Origin: a bacterium
Lineage (GTDB): Bacteria > Bacillota > Clostridia > Christensenellales > UBA1242
Assembly (NCBI GenBank): GCA_024692805.1
Contig: JAILMD010000032.1
Span: 1 to 57,690 of the forward strand
Direction: 5' to 3'
DNA length: 57,690 nucleotides
Positions 10,123-19,500 of the stretch are shown here, in pieces; within the stretch, counting starts at the first letter, position 1, and each line of letters starts with the position of its first letter. Made by a program: the position numbers and the translations under genes. The notes beneath the pieces are model-generated. The model was not told where the DNA came from and made no database searches. It saw only the letters and a list, made by a program, of their open reading frames with translations.

Positions 10123-12477
10123 ATGGATTATGGTAAAATTGCATATATCAAAGTTAGCGATTTAGAAAAACAATTAAGCTTACAAAACTCTAATGAAACG
10201 GTTAGTTCAAATAATCTTTCTTGCTTTGAATTTAAAAATAATCAGCCTCAAACGTTTACAGAAAAAGTTATAGCGCTTTCTTTAGTTAAACAAGAATCAA
10301 ATTCTAATATTTGCCTTTTTGGAAAGTTTAATATAACTGCTCAATCTAGTTCTCAAGTTAAAGTTTCATTTTTAATTAATGAAACAATTATTTGCACTCA
10401 CCAAAAAACAATAAGCGGTAATGACGTTATTGATATAAGTGGCGTAAGCATTCCCGTTGTTTTAGGTAAGGGTCAACTTTCAGTTATGATTGAAAGCACA
10501 AACGAAATAACACTTGAAAACTTTTCAGTTATTGTTTTAGGCGCTGAAGGTGATGATGGTTCTAAAGAAATTGAACTTAGGGCCTGCGTTGATAGCGCTA
10601 ATCTTGCAATTAGTGAGATAGAAGATGGGGTTATAAAATATTGCATTAAGAGTTTGTCAGAAGAACTTGTTATTGATGATGGTGATATGCAAACCTTTAA
10701 AAGCGCTAAAACGCATTCAATTAGTTTTCTTGATGACGTTTTATATATCGCTTATGTTGATGATGAAAACAATTTATATTTAGCAAATAATAACAGCCAA
10801 AGTGAAATTTTTGTTGACTCGCTTGTAACAAGCGTAACAATAGGGATTTCTTATAGTGATGAATCAATTTTTATTGCTTACGTTAGTGATGGTAAAGCAT
10901 ATTATAAGGTTTTAAAAAACGGAAATTTGCCAAGCCGAACTGAATTAACCTTGCCAAATGTTCAGTTTGTTAGAATTGTTGCAGTTAACAGCAATATTGA
11001 AAAAAACTATTTAATTGCAACTGATGTTTACGGGAATAACTATCTTTGCAAATCGCTTATCTTTAAAAACCCTGATAGCATCATTGAAGACATTAGTTTT
11101 GATACGCTAATTAACTTAAATGCTTGCGTTTATGCCTTTAGTGAGAAAGTTAAAATTGAAAGCATTTCTGCTCAAACATTAATGACGGCTTATATTCAAA
11201 CGGTTGCGGAAAACACTTATGACTTTAATGATTTAACAAGCCTAAGCGTTTGCGCTGATTTCACTTTTGAGCCTTATGTTATTCCGGCTAATGCTATTCT
11301 TTATGGTGTTTCATTTGATACTTTATCTTCAACTGCTTATGACGGAATTGGCAACAGTGTTTACACTGATGATTGTGTTGGTTTTACCCCAGCAAGCATA
11401 ACGATAACAAATAATGTTCCTAGTTACACTGACGGCGGATGGGATAGTAGGTGGCCTTATAACCAAATAAAACCTTGCGTTATAAATTCAAGTGGCAATA
11501 TAACTTATCTTAACCCAAATGCTATTAGCTATGACCTTAATGGCAATTACGTTGATATTTCAAACGGAACAAGAGGGAATGTTTTTGTTGAGATACCAAA
11601 AATGTATTACAGATTTCATAGAACAGCAAATGATGTTCTTGAATTTAAACTTAGTTCATGCAAGCGCTTTGGTTTTAGTTGCGCTAGTCATATGTATAAG
11701 GGCGTTGAGCAAGAAAAGATTTATGTTGGTGCTTTTGCAACTAGTGTTTTTAGCGGTAAAGCGTGGTCTTTAGCAACTCAAGAAAAGCTTAGGTCAAACA
11801 CCTACACAACCGCTCAACTTAGAGCATTTAGTTATTTAAACGGAAATGGCTATGAAATGATGAACCTTAATATTTTAAACTTGCTTGAAATGTTGTTTAT
11901 TATTCAATTTAAATCAATTTCTTATAAAGAAAGCATTGGCTATGGCTATTGTTATAACTCATCTTCAGGAAGTTTAAAAACAACAGGAACGAGTTTGTCT
12001 TATCCTTCAAGAAGTTATGGTTATTTAACAACAAACCAGAAAAAAGTTGACTTGTTTTTAAACATTGAGGGTTTTTGTAGTTTTGCTTGTTTTGCTCTTG
12101 ATGGCGTTTATGTTCAGCCAGGAAAACTTGGCTTTATGAACGTTTATGGCAAAAACAATAATTTTATTGATGACACAAATTATTCTGACTATATGTTTTA
12201 TAACATAACTTTTCCAACATTAACTAGAACAACAAAAGATCATATTGTTAACAATAATGTTGGTTTGCTTCCTTGCGAGTTTTACAACACAACTAGCGCG
12301 AGATTCTTTGACTTGTTTAGATCAAGGTTTAATGCGGTTGGTGACCCTGGGTCAGAATATAGAATGCACTTTCCTAATTTAGGAACGATAAACCTAGGTT
12401 TGTTTAGTTATAACTTTCCGTTAACAACTTTCACGGCTGGAATTCAGGGGCATCGGCTCGTTTATTATAATATTTAG
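10123..12477 (+). CDS. Large phage structural protein (putative tail fibre/spike)
   Basis: 784 aa, N/S/T/Y-rich and beta-rich, with an SD (GAGGT). It lies in the tail region. No catalytic motif recognised. Confidence 0.4.
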   Translation: MDYGKIAYIKVSDLEKQLSLQNSNETVSSNNLSCFEFKNNQPQTFTEKVIALSLVKQESNSNICLFGKFNITAQSSSQVKVSFLINETIICTHQKTISGNDVIDISGVSIPVVLGKGQLSVMIESTNEITLENFSVIVLGAEGDDGSKEIELRACVDSANLAISEIEDGVIKYCIKSLSEELVIDDGDMQTFKSAKTHSISFLDDVLYIAYVDDENNLYLANNNSQSEIFVDSLVTSVTIGISYSDESIFIAYVSDGKAYYKVLKNGNLPSRTELTLPNVQFVRIVAVNSNIEKNYLIATDVYGNNYLCKSLIFKNPDSIIEDISFDTLINLNACVYAFSEKVKIESISAQTLMTAYIQTVAENTYDFNDLTSLSVCADFTFEPYVIPANAILYGVSFDTLSSTAYDGIGNSVYTDDCVGFTPASITITNNVPSYTDGGWDSRWPYNQIKPCVINSSGNITYLNPNAISYDLNGNYVDISNGTRGNVFVEIPKMYYRFHRTANDVLEFKLSSCKRFGFSCASHMYKGVEQEKIYVGAFATSVFSGKAWSLATQEKLRSNTYTTAQLRAFSYLNGNGYEMMNLNILNLLEMLFIIQFKSISYKESIGYGYCYNSSSGSLKTTGTSLSYPSRSYGYLTTNQKKVDLFLNIEGFCSFACFALDGVYVQPGKLGFMNVYGKNNNFIDDTNYSDYMFYNITFPTLTRTTKDHIVNNNVGLLPCEFYNTTSARFFDLFRSRFNAVGDPGSEYRMHFPNLGTINLGLFSYNFPLTTFTAGIQGHRLVYYNI

Positions 12478-12486
12478 GAGAAGAAA

Positions 12487-14508
12487 ATGAAATTACACAA
12501 TAAATATGAAATTATTTGTGGTGGAAAAACTATTGTTGGCTATAACACAATGTTAACAACGGTTTTTGATAAGATTAAAAATCTTCAGCCATATAATGGT
12601 TATTTTGCTTTTGGAACGGGAACAACGTTAGCTAGCGCTTCTGACACTCAACTAGCAAGTTATGTTGCAACTTACGCCAACACAACCGAGAGCGTTCAAC
12701 CAGATGTTTTAAAAGGCAATTTATATGTAACAAAGATTAAGGTTTTTGATAACAACGAGGCTAACGGCTTAACTTTTAGCGAAATAGGAATAACTGACAC
12801 AACTTCAAGTAATCCAACGGTTTATAACAGGGTTGTTTTAACTGATGACGAAGATAATGTTATTTCAGTAACTAAGCCGGCTGGCGAAGAAATGATTGTT
12901 AAACTAACAATTTACCTTGAAGTAAGCAGTGACTCATCAGCAAAACTAATCGGCGGAAACAACACTTTAGTTAAGCAAATTTTAGGTGAAGATGCTTCGC
13001 TTTCAAGAGCGTTAGTTTTTACAAGGGGAAACAATCTTTCATCTAACACTAGCATTTATAGGGGAGTTCCTAATAACTATACAAGTTGTCAATATGAAGT
13101 TTTGTCATATAACCTAGCCAATGATTCGGGCTTTGCCTTAGAATTTACAATTGATTTTGGAACGGGCAATCTTGTTGAAGTTGTTGGGCTTTTAGATAAC
13201 TGCCCGGTTTTAAGGTTTAATTGCCTTGGGTCAAGAGCCAGCGTAACAACAACTGAAACAATAGCCAAAGAGGGCAATAACAGCGCCTTTGTTAGCGGTT
13301 TTGTTAAAAACATTTTAAGCGTTACTGACACGGTAACAGAACAGCAAGTTCCTTACAGCGTAAGCCAGGTTGCTAATGAATTTAGTGATTTTGTTATTTC
13401 GCCATTTAGTTATCCTTTTACTGATCAAACGCCACGTTTTGTTAGCAAAGACGGAAGTTATATTGGTTTTGTTTTAAATGGTAGTTTTTATTTATTCAAA
13501 AATGAGAATTACTTACTTAATGAAATTGACACTTCATTAATAAACATTGAAAATTACAGCGATATTATTATTGTTGACAATTATGTTTTTGTTGTTAAAA
13601 GCAATGTAACTCTTGCTTACAGGGTTAATAATGGCGCGTTAGCGAATATGGTTATAACCCTTAACTCAAACACGATTAATGATTATGACTTTGACTTAAC
13701 AGATTTTGGAGTAACAATTTCATCAGATAACACTTTTATGTTTTATGGAATTGATGATGATGGTTATGGAGTTTGTTATATTGGTTCATTAAACGGAACC
13801 TCAAACATTGAAATAACTAGCATGTCAAAAACTTCAAAATATGGTTACACCAACGCTGTTAGCACCTATAAAAATAACTTTTGTGATAGTGCGGTTTATT
13901 TTTTAACAACTTCTTATGACGAAGATAGCGGAATTAGTTATGTTGAAAGCATAATCTCAACAGGAATTGTTATAAGTAATAACACTCACGCTATGGCTTA
14001 TGATCTTTTAACAAATGCAACTAACGTTTCAGCAACAAACAGGGTTATTTATGCAAGGCGAAATGTTAGCGGTAATAACTCAATTTTTAACACTTATTAT
14101 CTTCCAGAGCAAAGAAGATATAGCATTCCTTTTGAAGGGGAAGTTGATATTTATTTTTCTCCGGACTTTAACTATATAATCAAAAAATATTCTAGCACCA
14201 GCTATAAAATTTATAACTTAATTGGCTATTCAATTCCGATTGAATTTAACAGTGGAATTTTTAACACGCTTAGCGCTCAAACTTTTACAGATTTTCAATT
14301 TTTAAAAGACACACTTTTGATTTTTACGTCAGATCAAAACTCGCCAATAATCGCTATTAACTTAAACAAAAACTGCGCCGTTATTGAAAACTTAAGTGAT
14401 TCAGTTAGCAGTAACATTTCAGTTAGTGTTGAAAGATATAACGTTTTAGGAAGCATAACTAATGAAAATGTTGAAGGTAAATTAACGCTTAAAATTTCGG
14501 GGTTTTAA
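12487..14508 (+). CDS. Large phage structural protein (putative tail fibre)
   Basis: 673 aa. The N-terminus FAFGTGTTLASASDTQLASYV...FSEIGITD recalls the N-terminal domain of tail-fibre/collar proteins. Confidence 0.4.
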   Translation: MKLHNKYEIICGGKTIVGYNTMLTTVFDKIKNLQPYNGYFAFGTGTTLASASDTQLASYVATYANTTESVQPDVLKGNLYVTKIKVFDNNEANGLTFSEIGITDTTSSNPTVYNRVVLTDDEDNVISVTKPAGEEMIVKLTIYLEVSSDSSAKLIGGNNTLVKQILGEDASLSRALVFTRGNNLSSNTSIYRGVPNNYTSCQYEVLSYNLANDSGFALEFTIDFGTGNLVEVVGLLDNCPVLRFNCLGSRASVTTTETIAKEGNNSAFVSGFVKNILSVTDTVTEQQVPYSVSQVANEFSDFVISPFSYPFTDQTPRFVSKDGSYIGFVLNGSFYLFKNENYLLNEIDTSLINIENYSDIIIVDNYVFVVKSNVTLAYRVNNGALANMVITLNSNTINDYDFDLTDFGVTISSDNTFMFYGIDDDGYGVCYIGSLNGTSNIEITSMSKTSKYGYTNAVSTYKNNFCDSAVYFLTTSYDEDSGISYVESIISTGIVISNNTHAMAYDLLTNATNVSATNRVIYARRNVSGNNSIFNTYYLPEQRRYSIPFEGEVDIYFSPDFNYIIKKYSSTSYKIYNLIGYSIPIEFNSGIFNTLSAQTFTDFQFLKDTLLIFTSDQNSPIIAINLNKNCAVIENLSDSVSSNISVSVERYNVLGSITNENVEGKLTLKISGF

Positions 14509-14510
14509 TT

Positions 14511-14771
14511 ATGACTTTTTCTAACGATATTTTAAAACTAGGAAAATCAAAAGTTGTTAATGGTTTTGTTGATGAAGGCCTTTTAAATATTTTTTATTCA
14601 AAGGGGCAAAACAGAATTAGCACCAAGAAAATCAACCTTAATGATGGTTATAAATTAAGCGATTTTAGCGAAGTTAATAACTGCAGCGAATTAATAATGT
14701 TAAACGAAAGTATAAAAATTTATAGGCTAGGGGCAGGCTATAAGATTAGTGTTCTTAGTGTGGAGGAATAA
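14511..14771 (+). CDS. Hypothetical phage protein
   Basis: 86-aa ORF, tightly coupled on both sides. Confidence 0.4.
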   Translation: MTFSNDILKLGKSKVVNGFVDEGLLNIFYSKGQNRISTKKINLNDGYKLSDFSEVNNCSELIMLNESIKIYRLGAGYKISVLSVEE

Positions 14772-15772
14772 TGAATAAGAAAGAATCTTTGATTAAAACA
14801 GAAAAAGATAAAAAAGATGAAGATGAACTTTATAAAATTTTAGATGGCGAAGATGAAACCGGCGTTAGTTTAGTTGCTGAAAGTGATAAGCAAGATAATA
14901 TTAACACATTGTCAGAAAAGTTTGGCGTTAACCTTAATTCAACTGACCCAATAAGAGAGCTTAACAAGATTAATGATTATTACATTAACGCTAGAAAAAA
15001 CGAAGATGATGAAGATAAATATTCAATGGGCTTAGAGCAATTAACAATGCCAAGCGAAGTTGATGAAGATGCCATTAAAAATGATTTAACGAATAAATAT
15101 GATGCGCTTAAATCAGATAAAAATGAAGACTATTTAACTAACATTGAAAAGCAAGAAAACAATAAAATAAGCGCTCAAAAAAACTATAAAGATAGCGCAG
15201 TTAAAATTGAAAGCGCTTATGATGAAGCCAAAGAAAATGCCTCAGCAGATTTGTTAAAGCGTGGGCTTGCTAGAAGCAGTATTGCAGTTTTAAGCATTAA
15301 CGGCTTAGAGCAAGAAAAAACAAAACAGTTAACTAATCTTGCTAGTGAGTTAGCAGACAAAATTACGTCAATTGATAAAGAAATTTCAAAGCTTAAAGAC
15401 GAGCAAGAAGACGCTATGGATTTACTAGATATTAAATTTGCTAGCGAACTAGAAGATAAGATTAAGGCTGAGCAAGAAAAATATTATAAACTTCAAAAAG
15501 AAGCAATTGAATTTAACAATAATGTTAAAAAACTTGAAAAAGAATATGGTCTTAAAAAAGAAAAACAAGATGCCGAACTCAACAAAGTTGATGACAGTAA
15601 TTATTTAAGCGATGAAGAAGCGGAATATAAAGTTTTATATATAACGAATTATCTTAACTCACTTTCTAGGGAAGAAGCACTTAAAAAACTTGTTAGCGAT
15701 TCAATGTTTGCTTACCTATTAAAAGATAGTTATAGGGAAGTTTATCTTAATCAATTAAGAAGAGAAAACTAA
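14771..15772 (+). CDS. Acidic coiled-coil phage protein (internal/ejection or assembly protein?)
   Basis: 333 aa, very K/E/D-rich with heptad-like stretches. The start overlaps the upstream stop (TAATG). Confidence 0.4.
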   Translation: MNKKESLIKTEKDKKDEDELYKILDGEDETGVSLVAESDKQDNINTLSEKFGVNLNSTDPIRELNKINDYYINARKNEDDEDKYSMGLEQLTMPSEVDEDAIKNDLTNKYDALKSDKNEDYLTNIEKQENNKISAQKNYKDSAVKIESAYDEAKENASADLLKRGLARSSIAVLSINGLEQEKTKQLTNLASELADKITSIDKEISKLKDEQEDAMDLLDIKFASELEDKIKAEQEKYYKLQKEAIEFNNNVKKLEKEYGLKKEKQDAELNKVDDSNYLSDEEAEYKVLYITNYLNSLSREEALKKLVSDSMFAYLLKDSYREVYLNQLRREN

Positions 15773-15781
15773 GGAGGTTTT

Positions 15782-16339
15782 ATGACTCTTAAAGAACGAA
15801 TGAAGCAATACAATTTTTGGATAAGTTTGGTCAGCGCAGTTTTGTTGGTTGCAAGAATTTTAGGAACAAAATTTGGTTTTGAAATTGATAGTTCGCTTGT
15901 TATGGACGTAACAACAGGTCTTTGTGGAGTTTTTGTTGTTTTAGGAATAATTAGCGCGCCACAAAAAGTTGTAACTAAAATTCAAACTGAGTTTAAACAA
16001 AACGAGATAACTGAACCAAAAGTTGAAGCCGAAATTGTTAGCGAACCTGAAATTAAACCGGCTGTAATAGAAACCAAAGTTGAAGAAGAAACGAGGGAAG
16101 AAGTTAGCGAAGAAAAACAAGAATCTATCGAGGTTTGTGAAAACAACGCTGATGTTGTTATTGAAGAAACTAAAGAACCAGAAGTTATAATTTCTGAGCC
16201 AAAAACAGAGGGATTAATAGAAGGTGAAATTGCTAGCGAAAATAGCGAATCACAAATGAATGGTCAATCAACTCAAAACTTAAACGAAATGAACAAAGAA
16301 GATTTGATTGAAATTATTCAAACTTTAAAAAATAATTAA
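15782..16339 (+). CDS. Holin (phi LC3-like) with a long acidic C-terminal tail
   Basis: The N-terminus MTLKERMKQYNFWISLVSAVLLVARILG...GLCGVFVVLGIISAP matches the two-TM phi-LC3 holin pattern. Strong SD (AAGGAGG). It is the last gene of the phage operon, followed by a terminator. Confidence 0.6.
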   Translation: MTLKERMKQYNFWISLVSAVLLVARILGTKFGFEIDSSLVMDVTTGLCGVFVVLGIISAPQKVVTKIQTEFKQNEITEPKVEAEIVSEPEIKPAVIETKVEEETREEVSEEKQESIEVCENNADVVIEETKEPEVIISEPKTEGLIEGEIASENSESQMNGQSTQNLNEMNKEDLIEIIQTLKNN

Positions 16340-16345
16340 AAAGTT

Positions 16346-16376
16346 GCCTGCATTTTATTGCAGGCTTCTTTTGTTT
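16346..16376 (+). terminator. Intrinsic terminator after the holin
   Basis: GCCTGCA / TGCAGGC 7-bp stem, 6-nt loop, T-rich tail. Confidence 0.75.
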
Positions 16377-16530
16377 ATTTATTCTAATAAAGAGGCAAAT
16401 TTAAGAAAAATTTTTGTTATTTTTTGGCGTTTTATTTTTAATAAAAGTTTGTGTTTTTATCATATTTTGTTTGACCCAAAATGATAATTTTGTTAAACTA
16501 ACATAAGATAATCATAAAAGGGGGAAAATT

Positions 16531-19500
16531 ATGAAAAAAATCAAAATATTTATGCTAACAATAGCATTGCTTTTGATTGCTCCGCTGGCTTTATTATTCT
16601 CAGCTTGTGATGCTAATGTGAACAAAGATGTACAAGTTAGAGTAGGCGAAGAATATGTTGAATGGTCAGCTGATGGCCAAAATTGGAATAATATTATTTC
16701 AATTGATGACCTTAAAACGCAATTAGGCGATACTTTTAAAGGTGAGCCTGGTGCCAATGGAACGAACGGAACAAATGGAACAAACGGAATTAACGGAACA
16801 AACGGAACCAATGGTGTTGATGGTCGTCAAGTTGAATTCCAAAAAACCCAAACTCACGTTCAATGGCGTTATGCTGCAACTGCAACCCAATCAGCAACCG
16901 CTTGGACTGATTTAGTTGCTTTAAGTGAGCTTAAAGGCGCTGCTGGAACAAATGGAACAAATGGAACTAACGGAACCAACGGCCGTGAAATTGAACTTCA
17001 AAAAACTGAAACTCATATTCAATGGAGATATGTTGGCGACGAAGAATGGACTGACTTAGTTGCATTAAGCGCGATTAAAGGTGAAAATGGAACTAATGGT
17101 ACTAATGGAACAAATGGTACTAACGGAACAAACGGAACAAACGGCCGTGAGGTTGAGTTCCAAACAACCGAAACTCATATTCAATGGAGATATGTTGGTG
17201 ACCAGGATTGGACCGATTTAATTGCATTAAGTCTTCTTAAAGGACAAAATGGAACAAACGGAACAAATGGAACTAATGGTACTAACGGAACAAACGGAAC
17301 AAATGGCCGTGAGGTTGAGTTCCAAACAACCGAAACTCATATTCAATGGAGATATGTTGGTGACGAAAATTGGACTAACTTAGTTGCATTAAGTGTTCTT
17401 AAAGGTGAAAACGGAACAAATGGAACTAATGGTACTAACGGAACCAACGGAACAAATGGACGTGAAGTTGAATTCCAAAAAACTGAAACTCATATTCAAT
17501 GGAGATATGTTGGAGAAGTTGAATGGACTAACCTTGTTGCATTAGCTGATATTGCTGGTGAAGATGCAAGCGTTGCTGGATATACTGTAACTGTTAACTA
17601 TCGCGGTTACCAAGCAATGTTTGAAACAACTCCTGAAGCAATTAATGTTAATTCAAATGAATGGTTAACAACTATTCCAGAAATTGACGAAGATTATGAA
17701 GATGTCTTCGCTGGCTGGTATATTGTTGGTTCAAGACGTCAAATTTCTAACTACGACTTTGTTGGTGGAAACGTAACAATTGAGCCAAGATTTATTGACT
17801 TATTCTATGTTAACGAAGCAATAGAAGGTGAGTCATTTAACACATTACAAGATGCAATTGATTACTTACTAGTTGAAGGTTATGACATTGTTGAAATGGA
17901 TCTTAATCTTTCATTAGGTGCTAAGAGAATTGTTTGGGATAGCGTTGATAACGTATTTGGTTATGTTAACACTTTAACAAATCAACCAATTTATCTTTCA
18001 ACTCATCCAATGACAAATCTTACTAGCCCAACTGAAATATTCATGATGTTCCATGCTAACGATCAATATTGGTCAGAAGGCGTTATGAATTTATATTATC
18101 CTTGCTCAATTTATCTTGCTGAAAATGAAAACTTACTTGGCGTAACAATCAAAACAAACAGAGGTGTTGATATTGGTAACAACACTGGTATTGTTAAAAT
18201 TGAATATGTTAACCTTTCTGGTGTTGCTCAAGAAGTTATCATCAGAACAAATGGCGGGGATTTAGAAATTAACGCGCCTGATGATATAGTTCATCACTAT
18301 GGATCAGCCAACACAGTTAATATTATTGCAGTTGCTGGTTCATCTTATCATGAAACTGGAAAAGCAACGCTTATAAAAGTATCTTCTGGTCGAGTTGTTG
18401 TTGATGATAGCGAAGAAGTTGCTGTTGGTGGTATTCACGTTGCAGCAAATGACGTTATTGTTGCCGTTGAAACAGATGCTGTTCTTCCAACTGTAACATT
18501 TGATTCAACAGTAACAAGTTTCTATGTTCAAACAACTGAGGCTGGTGAAAAAGAAACCCAATCAACTGTTACTATTAATTCTGGTAACGTTACAGTTACT
18601 GCAACAAGTGGTTCAGATGCTGTTCCAACTGCAATTGCAACTCAAGTTGAGGCTTCAGTTGAAGCAACAGAAAATGAAGCTCTTGCTAACGCTTATGACG
18701 TTGTTGAACCAACGTTCGATGAAAGTGTTGTTGCAAGAATAGGCTTGGTAACTTATCAATCATTAGCAGAGGCTATTAATGCCGCTAATGATGGCGACAC
18801 AATTGTTCTAGTTAATGATGACAGGGTTTCATTAACAAATAATCAAGAAATAACAATAAATAAATCATTAACAATAACAGGTGTTACAAATAGTGATGGT
18901 TCCCCTAAATACACTATTTATGGAACAAACACTTCAAATGGCTATAATGATATATTTATTAAAAATCAAACAACTGCTATAAATGTAACAATTGAAAATG
19001 TAAAATTTAGTGAGTTTGGAAATGAAGCTTCAACTAATTCAAATCATGGTGTAATTGTTGTTAGCGGTGGAACACATGCTAATACTCACACAATTCTTAA
19101 TAACGTTTATATTGATAAATTCAATAAAGCAGCAGTTATAATTCCAAAGGGAACTTATGCAATTTCTAACTGCTATATTGATTGTGCTAAACCAACAACG
19201 CATGGTAACGTTTTAACAAAAGGTTTTGATATTCAAACAACAACAACTACTAACACTATTGATAACGTTGAAGTTGTTTATTCAGACAGCACTTACACTG
19301 AATGGTCATCAGCAGCATTTGAAATTTATTATGGTGGATGCACTTTAACAAATTGTAGAGTAACATCATTCAAGATTGCTTATGCATCTGCGTTTAACGC
19401 TAATATAACTCTTATTGATTGTTCAGCAAACGCAACAACTGCTGTTTCATTAGTAAGACAAAATGCAACAACTAACAATCAATCACAAGCAACAATTATG

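Larger units (their letters stand above)
1..16376 (+). mobile_element. Partial prophage / phage-derived late-gene module. The left end is truncated by the window. The right end is provisional at the terminator after the holin and could extend to ~19711.
   Basis: Co-directional, tightly packed or overlapping run: TerL, TerS-like, portal, scaffold, capsid, large beta-rich ORFs, holin. No integrase or att site is visible in the window. Confidence 0.75.

Noticed and set aside
14771-15772. The 333-aa coiled-coil protein as a short tape measure protein, which would imply a siphovirus
   Set aside because: It lies after the putative fibre genes, not between chaperones and distal tail proteins. It is highly acidic, lacks hydrophobic or Gly-rich segments, and no tube or terminator proteins are apparent. 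I cannot exclude it without profile searches, so it is left as unknown.
16512-16811. 99-aa minus-strand ORF with PFVPFVPFVP repeats
   Set aside because: It is the reverse complement of the GGNACNAAY (G-T-N) coding repeats of the lipoprotein gene. It has no SD and overlaps the lipoprotein gene's start region.
16741-17556. CRISPR-like or non-coding tandem array
   Set aside because: The repeats are in frame within a long ORF, have no unique spacers of constant size, and translate into a coherent protein module.
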